Positions 1-13,000 of a DNA stretch of 64,000 nt are shown piece by piece. The translations under genes were made by a program, and so were the position numbers. The first letter of the stretch is position 1. Each line of letters opens with the position of its first letter. Source of the stretch: Hydrolagus colliei (lineage: Eukaryota); contig CM068744.1 of the NCBI GenBank assembly GCA_035084275.1, positions 23,374,001 through 23,438,000 of the forward strand, given 5' to 3'. Below the pieces are notes generated by a model. It made no database searches. It was not told where the DNA came from and saw only the letters and a program-made list of their open reading frames with translations.

Positions 1-889
1 CTGGGCCTCTTGTCTGCACATTAGACAATGTATATTCTTAAGTGTTAATCTTTGAGCCTTAATATTGCCAGTTTTTTAACAAGGAAAAATATATATAGAG
101 CAAATGTATATAGCCCGCAATTCACAATTTTTTGAAATTGTATTATCTAGAAACAAGTTTTTTTTAAGTAGTTTCCATTTGACGGTCAGGTTATATTTTT
201 CTTTATGTAGAATTGCATATAATGTACCACCTTTTTCAGCTAAACCCATTCATTCTGGTGTCTATACTCCACCCACCTTAATGCTCCCTTTCATATCCTC
301 CCAATAGCCTTTGAATTCTCTCTTTTATGCAATATTGAAGGCACAGGAAACTATCATGAAAATTGAATTACATTGACTCTAGGAGAAAAACATTACCGCA
401 GACTGAATAAGGTCTGTTTCTGTGGTTTGGCATTCTATAATTTAACATAATGATCTACAGATTTCAGGGCAAAATGTTGGGCAAGTTTCCTTACTCTGCA
501 TGCATGATAATAATCCCTGAAGAAAACAAACCATAATACATATACTGCTTAGGAGAGTGTTCACTTTTGGTGCCCTATATGTTCTCATCAATTTAAACTG
601 GAAATATGTTCTACTTGTTTTTATATACTATGAGTTATTAGTTTGTAAAGTACATGTTTTGCATCTCACATGTATAGTTTACAGATGGTGTGTTTGCTTT
701 TTGCTAATATCCAGGATCTGAGTATCATTTTATACAAGAAGGCTTTAAAAATCTAAATGTTTCCCTGCATGTTTCAATGTTATGTTTTCAAAAGTGATTA
801 GATAATTGATTTATGTTGCTTTCATTTAAAAAAATGAAGTTTTAAGTTGTTAAGAATTGTTCCTGATTTTGTTTCTGTGTTTACTTTAG

Positions 890-1012
890 TGTTTCAGAAA
901 TTTTGGAGAAGCATGGTCTGCAGAAACCAATCTCATTTGTAAAGATCACACAGTCAAGCTTAGAGGAGGCCAGTCAACTCATGGTGCGGTTAACCAGGCA
1001 CATTGGACGCAA
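890..1012 (+). CDS. NBAS: NBAS exon a (123 bp)
   Basis: tttag|T...AA|gtgagt; [40 protein letters not shown]. Confidence 0.93.
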
Positions 1013-4000
1013 GTGAGTATACATCAACCTACCTTCTAGGAATAATAAAACTAGCATTTCAACAAGGATAATTCTCAGACTTCACTAAATTAAAGTTGAT
1101 CAAATAGAAGCTTCTTGTGTGATGATGCTAAATGATCAATATGTGAAAGATTTTTTTTCCGTAGTATTTGTGACACTTTCTGTCGATGCTTTTTTTTTTA
1201 CTAATGTACTGTAGCCATCTGTATAGCAATCATTTATCTAGAACAACCAGGAACAAGAACAAATTACAGTTATATTGTAATCTGTTCTCCACGTGTGGGA
1301 AAGACATCCCAAGGCACGGGGTGGGGAAGGGTCTGCACCCAAGGTGGGTGTTGGAGTCAAGTGGAAGGCAGGGGGGTTGGTGGAAAGATAACTGAAGACA
1401 TGGTCAAAGAGGAAAGTCAAACATAGTACACCTTCCTTGCCCAAAGTCACAATAAAGACTTTGAGGAAAGACGGTGAGCAACCCTCAGTTTCCTGTCAAC
1501 AAGCAGTCATAAAAGCAATTATGGGAGATGAGACCATGCAGCAAAATAATAATTTTGGGAAAGATTAAAAGTCATGAACTGCTTAAAAATCAGTTGAGCA
1601 AGCATTCATTATTGAACAAGGACAACTAAACCCTTTCCATTCCGATGCCTATTCTTGACAATCATTGCTCAGGTCTTCTGGGAAACTTTGTAAGATGGTG
1701 GGTGGAGACTGAGGGAATAGTGTTCTCCTTAGTAGCACAAACTAGCAGCTGAATCTTGGTATGCATCAGTATTCTACAAATATCATGCAGAATACCTTTT
1801 TATTGCACTGTCGAGAAATTGGGAAAAATGAAGCAGAACATACAATTAGTCAGATGAGGGAACATTGAAGTCCCTCTTTCAGGGCATTTAACTTCTGTGT
1901 TATTAAAAACCAATTGCATTAATATGCAATACAGCTATCGGGGTTCCAAAATTATGCATTTTAGAGCAATTGGATGCAGTCTCAGTCACTATCCTAAGAA
2001 AAATATAACAAAGTGTATTTTTAGATACATTCTAAAGTAGTTATACTGTAGGTTTGGCCCCTAGAATAGAATTGTTGGGGATTTAAACAATCCATTTGTA
2101 ACAATAAAATAAACCAATGTGTTTTGGCTCATTGATGAAAACAGGTAGGAATGATAATGGCAAGAAAGTTTTCTTAGAACTCTCGAGACTCCTTGAAACC
2201 TTTTTTTTAATCCTTTTCACGTGTTGTAGACTTGGCCTCTTGTCTTTTTAAGTAAACAGAATGAGCATTCATTCTGCTGGTGGCAGTTTGTTGTGTGAGC
2301 TAACTGCTTTTAAGTGTAAAAAGGTTGCTCCTTTGAATATTGCGACACCTTAAGCTAATTGTGTGCCAGGATTCTGCTCAACCTGCAGTTCAGGAACTCT
2401 ACCACCCGTAAATTTCAGTTAATCCTGTACACATCCTCACCCATACCAAACTTTGTTTGTTAATCACTGCAGTCCTCGCCAGGCTCAACTGGCTCCCTGT
2501 TTCATAGTGGCCCTTCACCTACAGAGCCCTTCATGTTCAAGCACTTCCCTATCTCTCTGATCTCCGATCTGTTGCTCTACTTGCCCTTCCCATAGTCTGA
2601 CTCAGCCATTCTGTGCATTCCCCCATCTTCTTTGAAATTTACAGTTGGGAATCTTCCACAAGCGGAGATTCTTCTTTTGAAACGTTGCAGATCATTGATA
2701 ATTATTCTATTTTCAAAATGCTGCATATCGTTCTTCATTATTCACAATCCACTGTATGATCCGGGATCGAAATTGCCATTGAAAGTCCTTTGAGGCATTG
2801 TTGACGTCTGGTGGATCGATTGAGCCCATGTGTCACCATAGCTGACATCCATTATTTTCCCAACTGTAGGCAGTGAATGCTTGTCACTGTTATCTCCCAA
2901 CAAATTGTTGACATTTCTTTAAAGTTCATCTTCTCATTGTGTTTGTCATCATTTATCATAAATGACATTTCATTTTTTTTCGTGTTGAATTTATTGGATT
3001 CCACGCACCGTGGAAAATGCATCTGGGCATTGCTATAATACTGGTACCTGTATCCAAGCATGACCCGAGTTGCTGACAATCTGTCTGCAATTCTCATATT
3101 ATTTATTTTATTACAAATGAAAAACTCGGAAGGGGTGGCAGCTCAGCTTCCACGATTCCTCACCTGATGCCAGAGAATGTCCATGTGTCCAAATCATTAT
3201 AAACCAATATGATTATATCGCCATATTCAAATTGACCATCACTTCAGGTACTTTAACGCTAAAGTCTGAAGGTTACAGTTACAGAAAGCCCTGCTCCAGA
3301 GTTGATTGAAACCACATAGATGGTTTTTAGAGGCTTCTCCATATGTTTCCTTATGGGACAGCTGTAGGATACTCCTGATTCCATCTCTGATTAGTGTGGA
3401 ACTCTAACGAATGTTCTCTGAGAAGTATCTGTCCTTGACCATTTCATTCCGTGAGCAAGGTGCAGTTGTCACTGAGAATCTGCTCCAGACTACTCAAAAT
3501 AGCTTAAAAACCCTACATTCCCAAAATGACACAACCACTCAAGAGCTGCTGCTATGTGTAGTTGAGTAACCAGTTTATGTCTCAATGATTATTTCTCTGA
3601 ATATTTGGTATTTTCATTTTGTAGACAATATGAACAAAATTGTGGAGTCCTGTTGCTTAGTGGTTAGAGCACTTGCCTCACAAGCAAGAGACCTGGGTTT
3701 GATTCCCAGCAGGGTGAAACCTTGGGCAAGTTTCCCTACCCATGCAACCCTGATAATAATTCCTCAAGAAAAAAAATGAGTCACTTTAATCCACAACTGT
3801 TTGTGGGACACTGCTGCGTGCAATTGGCTGCTGCATTGTGCCCACGGTTAATTCACTTTACAATATATTCTGTGAAGCGCTTTGAGTTGTCTATAGGACG
3901 TGAAAAGTGCAATATCAAATGCAAGGATTATTATTATTTAAAACAAACTCCTCTGGATAAAATCAGTTAACTGAGCACAGGGCCATAGATGATAGAGACA

Positions 4001-7000
4001 TAGACCATAGATGATAGAGACAATGGTCAGCATTGGGACATCTTCTTGACGTAAAAGATGCTACACAACAACAACACCAACAAACAAAATTACACTTATA
4101 AAGCTCCTTTCACATCGGGAGGACGTCCCAGAATAAGCTATGTCATGGTAGTGACGGGAAACAGGATCTGTAATTATTGCTATGTGATCAGTGATTAATA
4201 TAACGTTAAAAGAATTTAATTTTATATTTTCTGCTTCCTGCTTTGTTTTATATTTAGGAACCCACCTGTAAGTGAGAACAAGTGGCGAGATCTGCTGCAG
4301 GATCTGCTGGAAATGCAGCAAACTGTTTACAAGTGCCTGAACTCCAATACATGCTATGAGGTAAATCAACTACAATCCTGTCAGGATCTGCACTTGGCAC
4401 TATGGCTTGTCCAAGCTCTGCAAGTTTAAATTCAATTATTTGAATGGTTTACGAGGATAGGGAAAGAAAGTTCACACGTGTGTGCTGAAGGGTTGACCAA
4501 GGATCATCCTTGACATTGTCTACTGGATTACATAATCGTGTCTGACCAATTGATGAACAGGAACTAGGTTTGGAACAGAAAGAGGAAGAATAAATTGGGT
4601 TACTTAAAAAAAAAGTTGGGTATTACGATTGTAACTTTTTTTATTAAATCTTATTTAAAATCCCTTTTTAAAGCCAGGCCTGATGTCAGATGTAATTATT
4701 TTGTTCTTGATCATTCAGTATCAACTTGACTTATTTCAGTAAAGGAGTACTGTTTGCATAAGTGCTCATTTTATCAAAGATGCCATAAGTCTTTACAGAT
4801 GTTTTTCACCTTTCAGATATTCACAGAGAGCTTGTTGTGCTCCAGTCGTTTGGACAATATTCGCTTGGCTGGGCAAATGATGCACTGCAACGCTGTATCT
4901 GTGGACCCGCCTGTTAGTGTTGCCTCCAAAGGCAAAGTGCATTCCAAGGTCAGCTATAAGAAAAGCATTGAATTGGTTCTAACCGCTGCCAGAGAATATT
5001 TTGACTCATCAACCACCTTGACAGATAATTGCATGGATTTAGCCAGGTAATCAATGATAGTGTATTCTTTCTGCAATGTATTTCTTGTTTATTTTAAATA
5101 TTGAGACTAATGGGACTGCACATTCATTGATAGCTTGCTTAATGTGTTTAATCTTATCCTCAAATATTTTGAGGTAGTGCAATTGTGCAATATCTAGTCA
5201 ATATGCTTATTTGCATTCAAATACCTTTACTTGTGCAGGATTTTAACATTGCTCTAAAGGCTGAACTTTGAAAAGCTAAGTAAAATTGCTTGTATAAATC
5301 CAGGTTAAATTGTTCTGAAATTAGCTAACAGGAGTAAACCTACCAAACATTAAAAGTATACCTACCAACATTGAATGTAGTGCAACTTCACCTTCGGGAA
5401 ATGTTCACATAAACAGCCAGAGTTGTGTCATTTAATGAAATCTCTGTAGGATAAATGGTTAGTTACATCAAGAGTGAAGGTGGTAAAGTAAGTCTCTGGG
5501 AAATGTCAGTATGTGAGATTAAATTGGTTTGAAATATGCTGATCTCAAGATTGGAGTGTCTCAGTTTTGTTCTAGGATTGCTTGTCATCAGATACAGATC
5601 AGTACTGTAAGGATTGTAGCTGGTGCTAGTCGAGCAAGATAGTAATCTTTTCTGATGTGCGTTGATACCAAGTGATAACTTTTCATATGACTGCAATGAC
5701 ATGTACGATGACCTTTTTTTATTATTATTTAAGGAGCACTGACTAACTTTGTTTATTATTTTGTTTTCAAAAGAGAGAAAAGGAAAAGTTGTGCACCATT
5801 TTTGTCACAATAACATCATATTTAAATATTCCAGTGGTTGTGTATTTCAGCACCGCTTATGTCCTTGTATCATATTTTTGTGAACCAAAACAAATTCATG
5901 GAAGAATTAATTCAACACACACCTTAACTGATACGCAAAAGATCGTAAAAAATTCTCTGCATTTCTGATATAATTTTTTCCCCTCAATTTGTGCATTTAT
6001 TTTGATGCCACATAACACGTGGCTACATATTTGCTGTTTGGCAATCGGTGATTGTGACATGTTGCAATTAGTTCTGAAATGTCACTCAGGACCATCTTAT
6101 GTCATTTGAAATGGCAGTTTTATGTCTTAGAATGAAAATGCATCAGAAATGTCATCAGTTCCTATGTCTGGAATAAGCCACTTGCTTTCCAATAAAGTAC
6201 ATAGTTCTATTGGACAGTGCTATGTGTGCAGGTGAAATAGATAAAGTCTCTTTTTTTTTAACAAAACACAGTAATCCAATGAGCTGTTTGATTGTTAGAA
6301 ATTGTTTACTTTACTTGGGAAGCCGTGACCATATTTAACAAAATTGTTGCTATACGATTTTATTTTCATACAACAGATGTAAATAAATACAGAAGTTTTT
6401 TTTGGAAAAATATATATGCATAAAATTCACGTGGCTCTACCAGTAATTAGAGAGATCTCTAACCATATTTTTACATCATTGTGCATCTTATCTTCCTTGA
6501 TCTTTTGTACCTTTTATTGTTGTGAATTCTGTGCACCTTTTAGTTTTCTGGATCTTGTTCGGGATCTTGTGTTCCTTATTCCTTATGATCTTGGACCATC
6601 TCCAACTTGCCCTTAGTCCCCAAGATGCTGAGACATGTTGTTGCCCTATCAACCTGCCTTGGGACGTCCTCCTGACGTGAAAGGCGCTCTACAAATGTAA
6701 TTTTGTTGTTGTTGTTGTCTCCCAGCTGTGTTCCTTCTCCTCTCATTCCCTGTACAAATCCCTCCAATCTGGCTTTCATTCCACCCAACTGACTAAACTG
6801 AGCTTCTTAATCAAAATCACAAATTATATCCTCTCAATCTGCAACCAAAGCTACTTATCCTCATTGATCTCCCTGCCACCATTGAAACTGATAGCCAGTC
6901 CATCACCAAATCTCGTCCATGATACACCTCTGTGGTTCTGCACTTTCCAGCCCCTTGGGACGTCCTCCTGACATGAAAGGCACTATACAAGTACAGTAAA

Positions 7001-10000
7001 AGTCCGCAACTATCTTACCCCCCGCGCTGCCGAAACACTTGTGCATGCTTACATCACCTCACGACTGGATTACGGAAATTCTCTCCTAATCGGCCTCCCC
7101 AGTTCCTCCATTCATAGGCTGCAGGCCATCCAAAACTCTGCAGCCCGTGTACTATCCCACACCCGCCTCCGTGACCACATAACCCCCACCGTCGCCCGTC
7201 TCCACTGGCTCCCCATCCTCCAGAGGATCGAGTTTAAGATCCTCGTCCTCACCTACAAGGCCTTACACGGCCTTGCCCCATCCTACCTAACCGATCTACT
7301 CTCCCCCTACACGCCCACCCGGACCCTCCGTTCAACAGGACTTGGCCTGCTCCAAGCCCCCCGCCCGAACCGCCCCACCATCGGAGGCCGGGCCTTCAGT
7401 TTCTCCGCTCCCACCTTATGGAATGCCATCCCTCAATCCCTCCGTTTCGCCTTTTCCCTTTCCTCTTTCAAGGCCGGTTTGAAGACTTTCCTCTTCGATC
7501 GTGCCTTTTGTTCCACCCCAAACTCTTTTACCTCCCCTTCATGTTTCACCCCTTCCCAAACACTCCCCTCCCAGCTCGGGTCAAACGCCTCTTGTTCAGC
7601 GCCTTGGGACGTCCTCCCGACATGAAAGGCGCTCTATAAATGTAAATTGTTGTTGTTGTTGTTGTTGTTTATCCGGCACCTGCGGGACCTGGCCAATGCC
7701 GGTTAAAGCACCTGCTGGATATTTGGGCGGCTCGAGGCCGAAAACCCACTACAAAAAAATTAAAGTTTTTTAACACACACCATACACACCAGACAAAGTA
7801 ATAACAGATAATAACAGAATATTGTATTGGTACTGATTGTTAAAACTACTCTCTTGCGCTTCTCACCTTTACTGATTGAGGTCCAGCGATTCTTTTTTAA
7901 ATGGAGGCCCCAGGTCTCTCACGTAAGATGACTGTTCTAACCACTGAGCTACAGGATTCCCCACTCTGCTCCAACATTTGCAGGAAAGCTGTAGGCTAGG
8001 CTATTTTGCACTGACTCTGCAATTCCTTTAAAAAAAATCTCACTGCTTCTTGCAATCAAAGCTCCACTGAGCTTATCTCTTTGTCTATGCCTTCGGCTAC
8101 TTCCTCCTATTTCCTTCCCAGCTCACGCTCCCACTCCATCTTTGTAAAGTGTGTGGAAACGTTCTCCATCTGTGATGGGCTCCATCTAAAGGCATATTGT
8201 CATTGTTGTGCTCTTTTGTTCAAAGTCCTGTGAATGTGCTTGTTGTTTTGAAACTTGTGTATATTTTTGTTGCTCATGGTGGCCGGAGGACTGCTTTGAA
8301 TATTCATTATTTTTATTTAGTCATGGCCTGAGCTGTGTGCCGATTAGTTTGTTTGTGTGAAATGGAAATGGAACATTTTTAACAGTACAATTTTGTGTCC
8401 TATACATAAAGATTTTGAGTCATTTTAAAATTAAACCAATGCTGTTGCACATTGTTTCTGTCATTTGTGCATCAGTTTGTGTAAACTGACAAAATGATTT
8501 ATGGTAGTGGTGGCACTTTACACTTTTTAAGATCATGTTACAAAAGCCTGCAATTACTCAATTTTGACAGAAATTCCTGTTTAGCTAAAGCAGAACCAGT
8601 ACAATTGTGAATATTGGAAGACTACAAAATAGTTCTACTTAGTAGAGAAATTTGAATGCAAAATTTGTTTCAGTTTAAGTATCTCTGTTGATATTAATTA
8701 CAGAAAACTGACATCCAGGCTCAGTCAGTAGCACTTTTGCCTCAAAAACCTGTGGGTTCAAGCCCCACTTTGGGACTTTAAACTCATGATTTCCAGGCTG
8801 ACATTCCAATGTTACTGCTGGGAGTTTGTTCCATTCCTGGAAGTCCTTTGAATGAGAAGTTAAACTGAGGTCCCATCTACCTTTTCAGATGAATGGAAAA
8901 GTCACTGTTTGATAGGGGAATGGAGTTTCTCAACATGATAGCTGCTGTATTATATGCGAGAATTATGATTTTTATTAAAACCCACTAAAGTTACAAATGG
9001 GATTAGGAGAGTCATATTTATCATTGTTTCTATACTGAACTGCCTTGCACTGTGCAGAATTGCAAGTAGCCATAATTTGTGTTGTGTCGTGAAAGTGATT
9101 GATTGTGAAGGAAATTGATTATGTCACCTGTCTGCAAACTTGAAATTCACCACTGTCTGGTGTTACTTATTATGTTGTTAGGTGCTGCTTACAGCTCATC
9201 ACAGACTGCCCCCCTGTCATTCAGGAAGAGCTCGATCTTATCAGTGCTCTCAGCCTGTTAGAGGAGTTCAACATGAAGATCTTGCCCATGCAAGGTACAG
9301 TCATTTGTTTCTCTTTAATTACAATACAATTTATGCTTATAATAATAATAATCCTTGCATTTGATATAGTGCTTTTCATGTCTTCCAGACTTCTCAAAAT
9401 GCTTCACAGAATATACTGTAAAGTGAATTGATTGTATATATTGACTGAAAAGCAGCAGCTAATTGCACACAGCAGTGTCCAACAAACGGTCGTGGATTGA
9501 AATAACCAATTTATTTTATATATAGGGATTATTATTAGGTGTGTGGAGTAGGAATCTTGCCTAAGGTTTCGCACTGACTGGAATCGAACCCAGGTCTCTC
9601 GCTTGTAGGGCGAGTTCTCAAACTGCTGAGCTACAGGACTCCAAAAATACAAAATTACATTTGTATAGCAACTTTCACATCAGGAGGATGTCCCAAGGCG
9701 CTGGACAGTTACTGCTTCAGACCCGAGCTGAGGACAGTGGTGGGGGGGGTGGTGTGGAAGCAGTTGCCGATGGGTCCACCGAAGAGGAGAGTCTTGAGGT
9801 GAGACTTGAAGGTGGCCAGGGATGGGGTGAGGCAGAGGGACTTTGGGATGGAGTTCTGGAGGTTGGGGGCAGAGTGACTGAAGGCTCATCCGCCAATAGT
9901 TGGGTGGGAGGGTTGGGGGACGTGGAGCAGGCCAGAGCCTGCTGAATGGAGGGTGCGGGAAGGTTGGTAAGGGGATAGGAGGTCACGGATGTATGGTGGG

Positions 10001-13000
10001 GAGAGGTTGTAGAGGGCTTTAAATGTGAGGACCAGGATCTTGAATTGGATCCTCTGGATGGGGAGTCAATGGAGTCGGGCAAGGATGGGATCACGGAGTT
10101 TGGAACGGTAGAGGATACAAGCCGTAGAGTACTGGATTATCTGCAGCCTGTGGAAGGAGGAATTGGGAAGGCCAACCAGCAAGACATTTGCATAATTGAG
10201 CTGAGATGTAATGAAGGCATGGATGGGGGTTTCAGCGGCTTTAGGGGTGAGGTAATGGCGGAGTCGGGAAATGTTGCGGAGATGGGGGAAAGGCAGAGCG
10301 AGTCATTGCTTGGATTCCAAAACTAATTGGCAGTAATGTGCAGTTATTTGCCAAGGCAAATGTTTTGTAATGAACCTCTGTATTATTATCTACAGGTCTG
10401 TTATTACTGTCTCTCAGTCTGTGGGATCCTTGGAGTATATCAAACAATGTTATATAGCACCTTTCATGTTGGGAGGACATCTCAAAGCGCATTGGTAGTA
10501 AAACTAGATGAGAGCCAAGCGGTTTAGGAAGAGAATGGGAAAAAAAAGGCCCGATTGGTATGGACGAACAATGTCGAAGAGTTGGGGGAATGAGACCATG
10601 GCGTGATTTACATGTGAGAAGGAGGATCATGAACTCATTCCACTAGGAGCTGGAGAGGGAACCAGTGGAGCAAAGCAGGGAGGGACTATGCTTCCAAATA
10701 AGTAGATGTCTGAGCAAAATATTTTGTTTTGATTAAAAATTTTCCCCCTTAAAAAATATTGCTATCTATATGATAGCATAGATAGCATTTATCTATCAGT
10801 AAAATGATTGTATTTTACTGCCAAGACAGTAAAATGCAATCATTTGTCTGCCTCTAAAATAGCCACTGTCCTTCAAAAAGTAAGTCTATGAGTGTTTTGG
10901 GACATTTACACATAATTATATTATGTTGTTTCAATATTTCACTAACATTAGACATTGAGCTGGTTAATTAGTTCTGCCCATATGCACGTTTTGCCTACAA
11001 AATATACTGTCAATTCACTTCACAGTAGGGTCCGGCGATATATCAATATATCGCTAAAACCCGATATAATTTTCATATCGATATGCCGATATAGACATTT
11101 CAAAAATATCGATATATCGAAAAAACAATATATCGAGGTAAAAAATCGGGATGCGAGCACACTGAACTACAAGACCCAGAATGCTCATCTCTATACACAA
11201 TGCATAGACCGAGGTGCAAAGCCGCCATATTGTATTCACAGTCCTTGAATACAATATACAGGTATGCAAGGGTGAGAGAGACGGCTGGGGGTGGGGGGGT
11301 GAGGCGGAGAAAGACTGCTGGGGGGGGGGTGAGGGGGAGAGAGACGGCTGGGGGGAGGGGGAGAGAGACGGCTGGGGGGAGAGGGGGAGAGAGACGGCTG
11401 GGGTGAGGGGGGAGAGATACGGCTGGGGGGAGGGGGAGAGATACGGCTGGGGGGAGGGGGAGAGAGACGGCTGTGGGGGGGAGAGCGGGAGAGAGACGGC
11501 TGGGGGGAGGGGGAGAGAGACAGCTGGGGGGGGAGAGAGACGGCTGGGGGAGAGTGGGGGGGGGAGAGAGACGGCTGGGGGGAGAGGAGAGGGGGAGAGA
11601 GACGGCTGGGGGGAGGGGGAGAGAGACGGCTGGGGGGGGGAGAGAGACGGCTGGGGGGGGAGGAGAGGGGGAGAGAGACGGCTGGGGGGAGGGAGAGAGA
11701 GACAGCTGGGGGGAGAGGAGAGGGGGAGAGAGACGGCTGGGGGGAGGGGGAGAGAGACGGCTGGGGGGAGGGGGAGAGAGACGGCTGGGGGGAGGGGGAG
11801 AGAGACGGCTGGGGTGGGGAGAGAGACGGCTGGGGGGGGAGGAGAGGGGGAGAGAGACGGCTGGGGGGAGGGGGAGAGAGACGGCTGGGGGGGGAGAGAG
11901 ACGGCTGGGGGGGGAGGAGAGGGGGAGAGAGACGGCTGGGGGGAGGGAGAGAGAGACAGCTGGGGGGAGAGGCAGAGAGAGACGGCGGGGGGGTGGGGGG
12001 CAGGGAGAAAGAGACGGCTGGGGGATGGTGGGGGAGAGAGACGACGGGGGTGGGGGGTTCGAGAGAGGGACGGCGGGGGGGGGGGGGGAAAGACGGGGTG
12101 GATGTGATAATTTACAGATAGATAGAGATGGGGGGGATGTGAGAGAGGGAGAGAGACACAGAGACACACAGACAGAAAAACACAGAGATGGAGAGAGTGA
12201 GAGACACAGAGAGAGAAAGATATTTACCTCCTGAGAAGATAGGCCCGGAACGCGCGCGCACTCCGAATGCGCGCGCGCGCGCGCATGCGCAGTATGAAAA
12301 ACCCGAAAATATCGATATTTCGGTATATCTCGATATGAGCCCATCGATATATTTAATCGGAAAATTGCCATATCGACGGACCCTACTTCACAGTATATTC
12401 TGTGAAGCGCTTTGACGCGACTCGAAGGTGTTATAAGGCACTATATCAAATCAAGAATTATTATTCTTACAGAGCAATGAGAGAGCAACAGTCATTTCTT
12501 TCAGCTCAAATTGCTTTGAAGCAGGTGTGAAACTGGTGCTTGGTGCACAACCTGGGCATAAAGCTGAATGGTTTAGCCAGATGGAAAGAGAATAAGAGCC
12601 AAGCCTTGACAATAAACTGCCTCTATCATCAATCTTTTTTATGAGCATCACCTCTGTCGCTGTTGCCTTTGTGTGGTCTTTCATTACGAGTTCAATCCTG
12701 CATCGGTATTAGATGGTCAAAGATGATGAACGATTTATGCAAAACAAATTCTTACTTATAAACTTTCAAAATGCTGAGATGTTTTATTCATCCACAAAAG
12801 AGTACAGCAGTGGCAATGCTTGTACTTAATTTGCAACACGAAACTTGAGTGTGGTGGGGGAAAAAAGAGATTTCACGATTAGATTGTGTTTAAATTGTGG
12901 AATTCTATTTATTTTAGAATCAAATGCTTCAGGAGAAAAGTGAATAGTTACCTTGGTATACTTTGGTAGTTTTTGGTTTTTGAAGGTTGGAAATCCTTGC

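Noticed and set aside
2680-3030. Resemblance to bacterial IS200/RAYT transposase (HFP..VE, FQWQ) or to a P transposase (EKMNF)
   Set aside because: Only short words in different frames, with no catalytic HUH or DDE motifs. Too weak to claim horizontal transfer.
11272-12100. CRISPR-like repeat array
   Set aside because: No unique spacers, eukaryotic intron context and no cas genes.
11054-12371. Long Pro/Ser- or Gly/Glu/Arg-rich ORFs (253-423 aa) on both strands
   Set aside because: These are translations of a stop-free minisatellite inside a hAT MITE, not genes.
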